From NCBI GenBank assembly GCA_963795855.1, contig CAWCIZ010000002.1:128001-192000 (forward strand): a stretch of DNA of 64,000 nucleotides, in the 5' to 3' direction. A model generated the notes under the pieces. It ran no database searches and had not been told where the DNA came from. It was given only the letters and a program-made list of their open reading frames with translations. Shown here piece by piece: positions 29,394 to 40,289 of this stretch (the stretch's first letter is position 1; every line of letters begins with the position of its first letter). The translations under genes and the position numbers were made by a program. Source of the stretch: Vulcanimicrobiota bacterium. GTDB lineage: Bacteria; Vulcanimicrobiota; Vulcanimicrobiia; Vulcanimicrobiales; Vulcanimicrobiaceae.

Positions 29394-31070
29394 CTAGAGC
29401 ACGTGCCTCGTGACGACGTTCCCGATGCTGACGGTGTTCACGAAGGGCGCGATTGAAGCCGGCACGACGACGCGCGCGGCCGGCGCATATCGCATGCCGT
29501 CCGCTCCTTGCGCTACGTCATGGATGCGCGTACCGAAGAACTGCTCGACCGCGGCCGCCGGCGCTTGCGCGTCGATTAGACCTGCGTACCGGAAATTCCG
29601 TTCGATACTGAATCCCGCTTGCTGCAGCGCGTTTTCCACAGCCGTGCGATCGGCATCGGCGTGCAGCACGATTTGAACGGCCGTTGCCGCATCCGCCGCG
29701 CGTTCGCCGCGGTCGACTAACCCCGCGATGCGCGGCGTCACATCCAAACTGAACGCGCCCGACCGACGCTGCGGTGCCTGCGCGGCAAACGTCATCGCGG
29801 AACGCGCCAGGAGGCCCGCTGCTTTCACCCCGCCTGGGCACGCGGTATTCGCGAACGTCATTCCGTGCGGAACGCCAAGGCCGCTTGCGTTATCGTAGCC
29901 GGTTCCGGCGGTGTAGAACGGCGTCGTGCCTTGGTACTGATCGTTGCCGTGAATCACGTCGATGAATGCTTGCGCATCCGCGCCGAATACGTAGTACGGG
30001 ATTCCAACCGGGTTGGCAATGCCGTTCGAGACGTGGCAATACTCGTAGAGTTCGGCCATGAGCGCGGCGTACTGGGGAGACGCCCACGACGTTCCGTTGA
30101 GATGAACCCACGAACCATCGTCGATCGTGTCGCTCTCCGCCGGCATCGAAATGTCCGGAACGTTGCGGAACGTGGACGACGTCTTACCGGCCAGACCGCT
30201 TTGATAACTCGGCAACGGGTAGAGCGTCGACACGCCGCCGCCGCCGGCGCACTGACTTGGGGTGCCGACGCAGCTCGTGTCGTTCCAAACGGTGTCGCTC
30301 GTCACCGCATTTCCGGTTGCGAGCCGCGTTTCGGTGCCTCCGGCGCCGATGACGTTCGGATTGCTCGCCGGCCAGTTCGCGCCGACCTGCGAGGGCGGGT
30401 TGCACACGTTGCCGTTGTCCCCGCCGGATGCAACGTACAGAATTCCCGCCTGCGCGCCTTGGGTGATGTACGGATCCTCCGGTGCATTCGATACTTCACA
30501 TCCGCCAAACGAGGAATTAACGACCGTTGCAACGCCGTCTGTGTCGATCCGGCTGTATGCCTTGGCGATGCTCGCATCCAGGAGATCTTTGATCTGATAG
30601 ATGCGGATGTTCGCGCCCGGCGCCAGGCCGGCAATCGTTTCAACGTCGAGGTAGGCTTCATCTTGATCGCCGTTGGTCGCGATGCCGGAAGACCCGTCGA
30701 CCGAGATCGTCGTAATCGTGCCCGTATGCGTGATGCCGAACTGCGCGAGATACGCGCTGATGACGGTTCGGCTTACATCCGAGTCGATAACGATCGCGAC
30801 CGTCTGTCCGGTGCCGTTCCAGCCGTGCTGAACCGGAAGATCGAGGCCGCTCGCAACACCGTAAGGCGACCACCCGCCGTCGAACGTCGCCGCGCCCGAA
30901 AGCGGCGTGCCGGTACCCTGAACGATGCCGCCGTTCGGCGTAGGCGTAGGCGTCGGCGTCGGTGCGGGCGTCGACGTCGTGCCGCCGGTCGGCGGCGTAC
31001 CGCCGCCTCCTCCGCATGCGGACAGCAGCAACGCGAAAGAAAATAGCAAGGCAAGCGGCGATCTCTTCAT
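29394..31070 (-). CDS. Lipoprotein S53 (sedolisin) peptidase with a C-terminal prodomain-like module
   Basis: LLSAC lipobox; EAYLDVE, SGGDNG, RNVPDIS, GTSWASP, YDNASGLG. Confidence 0.85.
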   Translation of the reverse strand: MKRSPLALLFSFALLLSACGGGGGTPPTGGTTSTPAPTPTPTPTPNGGIVQGTGTPLSGAATFDGGWSPYGVASGLDLPVQHGWNGTGQTVAIVIDSDVSRTVISAYLAQFGITHTGTITTISVDGSSGIATNGDQDEAYLDVETIAGLAPGANIRIYQIKDLLDASIAKAYSRIDTDGVATVVNSSFGGCEVSNAPEDPYITQGAQAGILYVASGGDNGNVCNPPSQVGANWPASNPNVIGAGGTETRLATGNAVTSDTVWNDTSCVGTPSQCAGGGGVSTLYPLPSYQSGLAGKTSSTFRNVPDISMPAESDTIDDGSWVHLNGTSWASPQYAALMAELYEYCHVSNGIANPVGIPYYVFGADAQAFIDVIHGNDQYQGTTPFYTAGTGYDNASGLGVPHGMTFANTACPGGVKAAGLLARSAMTFAAQAPQRRSGAFSLDVTPRIAGLVDRGERAADAATAVQIVLHADADRTAVENALQQAGFSIERNFRYAGLIDAQAPAAAVEQFFGTRIHDVAQGADGMRYAPAARVVVPASIAPFVNTVSIGNVVTRHVL

Positions 31071-31117
31071 GTCGGGCCTTTCCGGAACAGCGCTATTCCC
31101 CTAAACGCAGGCGCCCG

Positions 31118-32742
31118 TTACGACGTTGCAAGTTCGTCGGCCGCCCGCTGCCGTAAACGAAAACGTTGCACTTTGCCGGTCTCCGTCCTGGGAAGCTCGG
31201 CAACGAATTCGATTTCGCGAGGCGCCTTGAACGGCGCGATGCGGGCGCGGACGAACTCTTGCAGTTCGTGCGTATTTCGGGGCCCGCCTTTGAAGCATCG
31301 GCAGGAACGACGTACGCCTTTACGATGTTCGTTTGCTTCTCGGGCACCGGCTTGCCGATCACGGCGCATTCCTTGACCTCGCCGTGCGCGAGCAACACCT
31401 GCTCGACCTCCGGTCCGGAAACGTTGTAACCCGACGCGATGATCATGTCGTCGGTACGCGCCACGTACCAGAAATATCCGTCAGCGTCCTGACGATATGC
31501 ATCCCCGGGATAGTTCCAACCATTGCGGACGTACGCGGCTTGCCGCTCGTCGTCGAGGTACCGGCACCCGGTCGGGCCTTTTACCGCCAGGCGCCCAATG
31601 GTATCGGCCGGAACGCGCGCGCCGTCGTCATCGTGAATTTCGGCAACGTAGCCCGGAACCGCCCGGCCCGTCGAACCGCCCACAATGCCGTCCTGCGGCG
31701 AACCGATGAAGATGTGCAGCATTTCCGTGCTGCCGATGCCGTCCATGATCTTCAGACCGGTCCGCTCGTACCACGTTTGCCACGTCGTTAGCGGGAGCGT
31801 CTCGCCGGCGGATACGCACGCGCGAAGCGACGAGACGTCGTAAACGGAAAGCATCTCCGACATTGCGCGGTACGCGACGGCGCGGTGAATACCACGTTCA
31901 CGCCGTGCGCTTGGATCGCCTGCATCAGCGGTTCGGGTTGTGCTTTTTCCAGCAGCAGCGTTGCGGCGCCGGCATAGAGCGGAAAGAGAAGCAGTCCGCC
32001 GAGTCCGAACGTAAAGCCGAGCGGCGGGCTGCCCGCGAACAAATCGCTTTCTCGCGCCTGCAGCACGTATTTGCCGTACGTGTCGCACGTAGCCATGATG
32101 TCGCGATGGAAGTGCATCGCCGCTTTGGGCTTCCCGGTAGTGCCCGACGTAAAGGCGATGACGGCCACGTCCTGTGCGGACGTCTGCACGTTATCGAACG
32201 AATCGGGTTTTTCACGCATACGGCTTTCGAGATCGCCGCTGTTAAAGTGCAGCGCTTGAAATTCGCCGCTGCCTTCGACTGCGCTCTGCAACTCTTCGCA
32301 CAGGCGCGCATCGCACAGCGCGTGCCGGATCTGCGCTTCGCAACGATCTTGCGCAACTCGTTCGCGCGGTAAAGCGGCATCGTCGTGACCGCGATGGCGC
32401 CGCATTTCATGACCGCAAACCAGCAGGCGGCCAGCATCGGCGTGTTCGGCGCACGCAGCAGCACCCGATTTCCGGGAACGACGCCGAGATCTTCGGTGAG
32501 CACGCGCGCGATACGATTGGTCGCCGAATGGAGATCGCCGTACGTCCATGTGACGCCCGGCGCAAGATGATGCACCGCCGATCCGCATATCCTTCCGCGA
32601 TGTGGCGATCGAGGAGGAGCGAAGCGCAATTCATCCGCTCCGGGTACTGCAATTCCGGCAGGGTGAAGAGCAACTCCGGCCACCGATCGCGCGGCGGCAG
32701 GCGATCCGCGGCAAACGTATCGACGTGCGCGCCGGCAGCCAT
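31118..32742 (-). CDS. Aryl-CoA ligase (2-aminobenzoate/benzoate-CoA ligase-like); several frameshifts
   Basis: [47 protein letters not shown], spread over different frames. Confidence 0.8.
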
Positions 32743-32743
32743 G

Positions 32744-33876
32744 TCAGCGTTCCTCCAATAGCGAGCGTGCTATCACGATTTGCTGAATCTCGCTCGCACC
32801 CTCGTAAATGCGCAGCGCGCGCACGTCGCGGTAAATCCGTTCGACCACCTCGCCGCGCGTCACGCCGCGCCCCCCGAATAACTGCACTGCGGCGTCCGCG
32901 ATGCGCGAGGCCGTTTCCGTGGCGAACCATTTGGCCATCGCCGCCTCGCGCGTGACACGCTCGGCACCGCAATCTTTCGTATACGCCGCGCGGTACACCA
33001 ATAAAGCACTCGCGTCGATCTCGGTCGCCATCTGCGCGATCTTCGCCTGCGTCAATTGCAGCGCCGAAAGCGGCGCGCCGAAAAGTTTCCGTTCGCGCAC
33101 GTGCGCAACGCTCTCGTCGAGCGCGCGCCGCGCAAAGCCCACAGCCGCGGCGCCTACCGTCGCACGAAAGACGTCGAGCGTCGCCATCGCGATCTTGAAG
33201 CCGTTGCCCTCCTCGCCGATCCGGTTCTGGGCGGGAATTCGGCACCGCTCGAAGCGCAGCGTGCCGAGCGGATGCGGGGAAAGCGTTTCGATGCGCTGGG
33301 ACACGGAGAGGCCGGCGGAATCTGCCGGTCACGATGAACGCGGTCAGTCCTTTCGCTCCCGTGTCGGCGGTGCGCGCGAAGACGATGTACGTGTCCGCGA
33401 TTCCCGCGTTGCTGATCCACGTCTTTTCACCATCGACGACGTACCCGTCGCCGTCGCTCACCGCGCCGCGTTGCGATTGCGGCAACGTCGGAGCCGGCCT
33501 CACGTTCGGAGAGCGCAAAAGCCGCGACCGCGCTGCCCGACGCGATATCGCCGGCAGATGCGCTTACGCTGCTCCGGCGTACCAAACAGCGTAACGGAGC
33601 GCTGCCCAGTCCTTGCATGGCGAATGCGAAGTCGGCAAGTCCGTCGTGATATGCGAGCAGTTCGCGCGCGATGCACAGCGTTCGCACGTCCAGATCGAGG
33701 CACGCTTGCAAGAAATTAGACGCCGCAAGATCGCGAACCCAGGTCTTTACCGCCGTGTCCGCGTCGCCGGATTCGCAGTCTGCAGAACGCTGCGCCGGCC
33801 ACACGCGCATGCGCGCTGCGAACTCCGAGTGGCGCGCGTCGAAAAACGGCCATTGCAGAAACGCCGGATCGCGCAT
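32744..33876 (-). CDS. Acyl-CoA dehydrogenase; frameshifted
   Basis: [48 protein letters not shown]. Confidence 0.8.
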
Positions 33877-33877
33877 G

Positions 33878-34673
33878 CTAGTCTCCGGCGAACGCCGGCT
33901 TTTCTCCGGCGACGAACGCTTCGTACGCTCGGCGGAAGTCCTGCGTTTGCATGCACTCGCGCTTGCTCGCGCGCTTCGGCGTCTATCGCCAGCGTCGAGC
34001 GGCATGTTCCATTCCTCGTGCAGCATGCGCTTCGTCACCGCATGCGCGGCGGTCGGGCCTTCGGCAAGCGACTTCGCGCCAACTCACGCGCCGCGGAGAG
34101 CACGCGTTCCGGTTCGTGCAATGGCATTATAGAATCCCCACGCGAGCGCTTCCTGCGCGTCCATCGCCCGACCCGTGTAGAGCAATTCCGACGCGCCGGC
34201 CATGGCCGACGATTCGCGGCAGCATCGCGCACGCGCCCATATCGCATCCCGCCAGGCCGACGCGCACGAACAGAAAAGCGACGCTGCTGCGCGCGGTGCC
34301 GAAGCGCAGGTCCGATGCCATTGCCAAAATCGCGCCGGCGCCCGCGCACACGCCGTCGATAGCCGCAACGATCGGCTGCGGACAAGCCCGCATCGCTTTG
34401 ACGAGATCGCCGGTCATTTGCGTAAATTCGAGCAGTTGTTCGCGGATTCGCTGCGTGAGCGGACCGATGATGTCGCGCACATCTCCGCCCGAGCAAAAAT
34501 TTTCTCCTTCACCGGTCAAGCACGACGGCTTTGATGTTCGTATCATCTTCGAGCGCGCGAAAGTAATCGCGCAATTCGGCATACGACTCAAACGTCAGCG
34601 GATTCTTTCGCTCGGGCCGGTCGAGCATGATCGTCACGACGCTGCCTCGGGTGTCATAGCGAACGTACGGCAT
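33878..34673 (-). CDS. Enoyl-CoA hydratase family protein; frameshifted
   Basis: [41 protein letters not shown]. Confidence 0.8.
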
Positions 34674-34684
34674 ACTGTCCTTCC

Positions 34685-35107
34685 TTATCGAATGCGAAAC
34701 GGCAGATCTTCTTCGGCTGTGTGCCCTGCGGCGTTGCGTGCGATGACGCGCAAGCGGTACGCTCGTATGAAAATCGGCGGCACGTCGAACACGCGCGAGC
34801 GCAAAATGGAAATCGCCGAATGAACGGCGCGGAACGTTTATCGAAAACAGGTTCGTTCGCACTTCGACGCTTGCGACGTTCGTCGTCGTGACGATCGTTC
34901 CCGACCACGTTTGCCCGCGGCGTATATCGTCGCCGGAAAACCGCATGGCGACGATACGCGGCGGAGCCGTCCGCGGGCGCGACCGGCGGCGCCGGAAGAG
35001 CGCGACCGCGCGCGAAAACGAAACGTTCTCCGGAACCGGCACGGCACGCGCCGCGCACCCCGTGAAGCAGCGAACGCCGAAAGCGCAGCAGCGGCTCGCC
35101 GAACATC
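34685..35107 (-). CDS. Probable small lipoprotein, hypothetical; frameshifted, start uncertain
   Basis: Coding-like segments TGCAARAVP, TTTNVASVEVRT, YRLRVIARNAAG in different frames. Confidence 0.45.
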
Positions 35108-35186
35108 GCGAGCTGACTGGTCGCCAAGCTGCGGAGCTTTTCCTGCCCTCAAAGGCGGCCGATGTACGGGCTCGTAACGCTGCACC

Positions 35187-36219
35187 ATGTCGGCTCCGGT
35201 CGCAGCGCAGCAAATCGCTCGATCTGTGGATCGCCATTTGCACGCTCTGGATTTCGTGCGGGTTCTTCCTGGATGCTTGGGCGCACGGGCACGTGCCCAT
35301 GGAAACCTTTTTTACGCCGTATCACGCGCTTGTTCTATAGCGGCATGGTCGCGCTCGGTTGTCGTGCTCGCGGCGTTCGTATCCGGCACGGCGGATTTCC
35401 GCGGCGTACCGGTATCCGCTGCTCGGTATTCCCATTTTCATCCTGGCCGGCCTCGGCGATCTCGTCTTGGCATCATTTCTTGGGCGTCGAAGAAGGCGTG
35501 GATGCGCTGCTCAGTCCGACGCACAGGCACTTGGCCTGGGCATCTTCTTCATTTCGAGCGCGCCGATACTTTCCGCGCTGCGCGCGCGCGAACACACTGA
35601 CCACGCTTGGCGATCAACTTCCGCTGATATTTGCGCTTGCAACGTGGATCGAACTGGTGCACTTCGGGACGGCATATGCCTTCGATCCCGGTGCCGGACG
35701 CACTGAATGCGCCGCCGCCGATCGGATCCGTTCACGCCCGACTACCTTACCGCGATTTCGATCGGTTATTACAAATCGGCATGGGCGTGCTCGTCGTGCT
35801 TTTTCAAAGCGCCCTCATGGCCGGGTTTGCGCTCTTCGCCGGGACCCGTTTTCCGCTGCGTCCCGGTGCGCTGACGCTGCATGTATCTGCTGGGCAATTT
35901 TGCCGCGGCCGCCGCATTCACGAATGATACGCCGCTGCTCTGACGGTGCTTGCGATGAGCGGCGCGGCCGGAATAGCGGGCGACGCATCGTTGCGCGGCT
36001 TGCGCCCGACGCCGGAACGCGCGCTGCGTACCGCGTTCTCGGCGCTGCGGTACCCGTTGTCATATTTTGCGACGTATTTCATCGTGACCGGCGTCTGCGG
36101 AGCGCGTGTGGTGGGATTGGAACGTGCTGCTGGGCGCGATGATCTGGGCGGGCGTCATCGGCTTCGGTCTGACGCTGCTTTCAGCCGCGCACGCAGACCG
36201 CCTGATGCGGGGCGTTTGA
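35187..36219 (+). CDS. Polytopic membrane protein paralogous to 20558..22465, without the propeller; many frameshifts
   Basis: LDAWAHGHVPMETFFTPYHA, reconstructed D..WHHFLGVEEGVDALLSPTH. Confidence 0.65.
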
Positions 36220-37738
36220 CCGCACTCCGCGTTGCCGCGCATCTGGCGACGAGATTGGCGATACGGCTATTTTCGCGACGAATTGTATTTCATCGCTTGC
36301 TCGAAGCATTTGGCCTGGGGCTACGTCGATCAACCGCCGCTCGTCGCATTCGCCGCATGGCTTTCGGCGCCGTTCGGCTACGAATCTGTTGCGCTGCGCG
36401 CGTTGCCCGCGCGCGGCCGCGGCGCTGACCGTCTGGCTCGCGGTTCGCATCGCGCGCGATCTGGGCGGCGGCCGATTTGCGCAAGTGCTTGCTGCGGCTC
36501 GCCACGCTGCTGCTGCCCGCGTATCTGCTTCTCGGCAACACGCTGACGACGACCTCGTTCGAACCGCTTTCTTGGACGCTTGTTGCCTATGCGCTGATTC
36601 GGCTGGTGCGAACGGGGGATACGCGCTATTGGCTGGCGGCCGGCGCGGCGTTCGCCTTCGGCATGTACGGAAAGTATTCGATGCTGCTGCTCGGCGGCGG
36701 CGTTCCCGATCGGATTGGCGTTCACCGAAAGAGCGGCGTTTCTTGGCCAGCTTGGTTCGGCGCCGGCGTGCTGTGCGGCTTGGCGCTCATCGCTCCGAAT
36801 CTCGCCTGGCAAACGTCGCACGCGTGGCCGTTCGTGCAGGTGGTCCTAGGCGACTTCGCTCACCGCCACGCGTTCAATACCGGACTGCAACTCGAGTATA
36901 CGAAACTTGGCGCAAAACGCGCGCGGCCTTCATCCTCGAGCAATCGATGTACACCAATCCCGTTTGCCGTCCCGTTTTGGCTCGCCGGGCTTGGCTGCGT
37001 TCGTCCTTCATCTGCGCCTGCGTGACTTGCGCTTCATCGCCATCGCGTATGTCGTGCTCTTGTTGCTCGGCATTTTGTTCGAAGCGAAGGGCTATTACAT
37101 CATCGGCATCTACGCAGTGCTTCTTGCGTGCGGAAGCGTTTGCGCTGGAGCGCGCGCTCGTCGCCGCGCGCGTTCGATCGCGCGACGGTAACGGCCGTAT
37201 TCCTGATAGTCACGCTGCCGTTCGTTCCGTTTTCGCTTCCGGTGCTGCCGCATCGATGCGTTCATCGCGTATGCGCGTGCTCTGCACCTCACCGGGCAAA
37301 ACGGCACGCCGGCGCACGTCATCCAGCCCGTCTTCGCCGAGGAATTCGGCTGGGACGAACTGGCCAGGCACGTCGCATCCGCCTACTAATTCGCTGCCCG
37401 CGCGACTCCGCAAGCACACGGGGATATTCGCAGACACCTACGCCGATGCGGGAGCACTCGGGTTGTACGGTCCGCGGTACGGCTTGCCGCCGGTCATCAG
37501 CGCGCAAAACACGTATTATCTTTGGGGCACGCGCGGGTACGACGGCCGCTCGCTCATCGTCGTCGGTGCGACGCAAGCCGGTCTCATGCGCACGCTCTAC
37601 AGAAAGATGACGCTGCTCGCCACGTACGGCAACGCGTACAAATGGATCGTCGAAGGGCCGACGCCGATTTATCTCTGCACGGATCCCGTTGCTCCGCTCC
37701 CGCGGCTTTGGCCGCGGCTGAAGTGGTACGGCGCATGA
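36205..37738 (+). CDS. GT-C fold glycosyltransferase (family 39/ArnT-like); many frameshifts
   Basis: YGYFRDELYFIACSKHLAWGYVDQPPL, PNLAWQ, FAEEFGW, SAQNTYYLWG. Confidence 0.75.
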
Positions 37739-37767
37739 GCCGTGCCGTTCGCGGGTAGACCAGGCAC

Positions 37768-38094
37768 ATGCCCAAAGACAGCGGGACCGAAAAAGCGCAG
37801 ACTTTCGCGGAGCATTTGAACGAGAGTTTTCCCGGCGCCGGAACCAGATGGAGCGGGCCGCCGCAGCAGCCCGCGCGTTACGTGTTCGATATGCCGGGGT
37901 TCAACAAGCAAATCGTTATTCAAGAGCGCGTCTTCGATCTCTGGGGAGGCAGCAAACCTGCGCTTCAAAAGGCGCTCGACCATCACAACGTCGACGATCG
38001 GATCGCCGGCTGCCCGGCAGGAAGCGCGCTGCACGTCGTTCCCGGCAACGGAGAAAAGCCGGAGTTCGAAACCCGAACGCTTTCACAGTATTAA
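37768..38094 (+). CDS. Hypothetical protein (108 aa)
   Basis: Normal composition; fills the gap between genes. Confidence 0.6.
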   Translation: MPKDSGTEKAQTFAEHLNESFPGAGTRWSGPPQQPARYVFDMPGFNKQIVIQERVFDLWGGSKPALQKALDHHNVDDRIAGCPAGSALHVVPGNGEKPEFETRTLSQY

Positions 38095-39087
38095 GTGAAC
38101 GTCGCCGAATTCGTGCTCGTAGTAGGCCAGCGCCGCCGCTTGTTCGTACGCCTGCGCCAGGAGTTCGCGGTCCAAAAACGCCTGCAAGATCCATAGGTGC
38201 GTCGCATCCGCATCGTGAAATCCGGTCAGTAACCCGTCCACCGTGCGCGGCGTATGGTCGCGGTCGATCACGAGATCGGTCCAACCCCGCCGACGCAACG
38301 ACTTCGCCGTCGCGAACGGCGCTTTCGAGTGCGCGCAGCGCGGTACTTCCCGACGGCAATCACGCGGCGCGCTTGGCCGCGCCAGGTTTACGGCGCGCGC
38401 GGCCTGCGCGGAGACCGCAAACCGTTCAGTCGCCGGAAGCTCCGGCGTTTCGAAACTGGCGACGCCGCAGTGCAGCGTCACCGAGGCGATGCTTACGCCC
38501 GTTTGCGCAAGCGCGTCCACGACGCGCGCCGTAAAAGGCCGAGAGGCGGAAGGCATTTCGGAAGAGCCCGGCGTTCGCGCAAACATCGTCTGGTAGTCGG
38601 CGATCGGAAAACGTTCGCGAACGTACGCGTACCGAATCGGTTCGCCGAACTGCTGCAGATAGGCATCCATCGGGAACGGAGCTGAAACCAGACGTACCAC
38701 AGCCGTGGGTGCTCGGGTTCGACGGGCGCGATGAATGCGGCGGACGCATCTCCGGGTAAGCGCACCTCCTCGCCGCCGAACACGCGCCCGCGCGGTTCGG
38801 CAGTCCACAAACGCGTATCGATCTTCGTGCCGACGTGGAGCATCAGCGCCTCGCCGTTCGCGCGCCGAGCGTGAAGCGCCGCCGGCAGCGTGGCTGAATC
38901 GTTCACGACGAGCAAATCGCCGCGTTTCAAGTGCGACGGCAACTCGTCAAAACGCGCATGCGCGTGCGTTCGTTTCGCGCGTTCGGTTACGAGCATGCGT
39001 ACCTCGTCGCGCGGCGACGCCTCGACGCTCCGGCGGCGCCGTTGCCGCACGCAGCCCCGGCGTCTGCGAAACGGCCGAGGCAATCAT
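38083..39087 (-). CDS. QueA-family protein (SAM:tRNA ribosyltransferase-isomerase-like); frameshifted
   Basis: RDEVRMLV, GDLLVVNDS, YQTMFA..PGS.EMPSA, TLHCG, LLTGFH, HEFGDVHLIL; ATGA coupling to the SDR. Confidence 0.8.
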
Positions 39088-39809
39088 GCCGGCACCATTC
39101 CCGCGAGTTTCACGCGTTCGTACGGCGCCTTCATCGCCCCGACGGCCTGCAGCAGCGCGCGGGCAGACTCGGCGGGTTCGCGCAACTCCGCCGGATCGGC
39201 GTCGGGAACCGCGTCGCGGTGCATCTGCGTATTCATGTCGCCGGGATCCGCTACGAGCACGCGAATCTGCGCGTCGTCCAACTCGGCCGCGAACACGCGC
39301 GAGACGTGCTCGAGCGCGGCTTTGCTCGCACCGTAACCGCCCCACGTCGGATACGCTTCCACCGCCGCGTCCGAGGTGACATTCACAATGGTTTTCGTGC
39401 CGCCGCTCCGGCGCATGAACTGCGCCGCGTGCTGCATCAGGTGAATCGGCGCAAAGACGTTCGTGCCGAAGAGATCTTCGAACGCTTGCTGTGCCAGCGC
39501 GTCTATACGCGGCAGAGGCAGCGTACCGAGCGTCGAGGCGTTGTTCACGAGCAGATCCAAACGGCCGAGTTCGCGCGCGGCCGCCACGAGCGCGTGCACG
39601 TGATCTTTGTCCGTCACGTCGCCCGAAATGGCGATCACCTCGCCGTACTTGCGCAATTCTGCCGCGGCCGCTTCCAGGGCGCCGGCGTTTCGGCCGTCGA
39701 CGATCGTGCGCACCCCGCGGATCGCGAGTTCTCGGGCCACCGCGTAGCCGAGCCCGCGCGAGCCGCCGGTAACGATGGCCACGTGGCCCGCTTCAAACCA
39801 GTTCTTCAT
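39084..39809 (-). CDS. Short-chain dehydrogenase/reductase
   Basis: TGGSRGLG, NNAS, YGASK, DPGDMNT. Confidence 0.9.
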   Translation of the reverse strand: MKNWFEAGHVAIVTGGSRGLGYAVARELAIRGVRTIVDGRNAGALEAAAAELRKYGEVIAISGDVTDKDHVHALVAAARELGRLDLLVNNASTLGTLPLPRIDALAQQAFEDLFGTNVFAPIHLMQHAAQFMRRSGGTKTIVNVTSDAAVEAYPTWGGYGASKAALEHVSRVFAAELDDAQIRVLVADPGDMNTQMHRDAVPDADPAELREPAESARALLQAVGAMKAPYERVKLAGMVPA

Positions 39810-39815
39810 GGTGCA

Positions 39816-39846
39816 ACCCTACAACCTCAAGTATAGTTGAGGTCAA
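39816..39846 (-). promoter_or_regulatory. SoxR-dependent promoter with SoxR box
   Basis: Minus strand TTGACC-19 nt-TAGGGT; palindrome ACCTCAA-gtatag-TTGAGGT at 39824-39843. Confidence 0.9.
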
Positions 39847-39850
39847 TACC

Positions 39851-40289
39851 ATGCACGAAACGCTCACGGTTGGGGAACTCGCCGCGCGCAGCGGCGTCGC
39901 GATTTCGACCATCCGCTTCTATGAGGCCAAAGGCTTGATACAAAGCGTCCGCAACACCGGCAATCAGCGCCGATTTTCACGCGCCGAACTGCGCCGCGTC
40001 GCGGTCATCAAGGTCGCGCAGCGCGCCGGAATCTCGTTGGCCGAAATTCGCGAAACGCTCTGCACGCTGCCCACGAACCGGCCGATTTCCGCGGACGATT
40101 GGGCGGATTTGTCGGCAGCGCTGGAAAGCGGCACTGGATAGTCGCATACGCAGATTGACCGCGCTGCGCGATCAGCTCGGCGATTGCATCGGCTGCGGAT
40201 GTCTCTCGCTCGACAGCTGCCCGCTTCGCAACCCGATGGACTTCCTCTCCGAAGAGGGGCCCGGGCCGCGCCTGATCGCAACCGATTAA
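39851..40289 (+). CDS. soxR: Redox-sensitive transcriptional activator SoxR; one frameshift near 40120
   Basis: Mer[28 protein letters not shown]; downstream frame [17 protein letters not shown] [2Fe-2S] motif. Confidence 0.9.

Noticed and set aside
20558..36219. True methane or ammonia monooxygenase operon
   Set aside because: No pmoA/pmoB-like genes; similarity to PmoC is limited to motifs, so methanotrophy is not claimed
31100..40200. Programmed frameshifting or phase variation
   Set aside because: Too many shifts, in unrelated genes, without consistent slippery sites or long simple repeats
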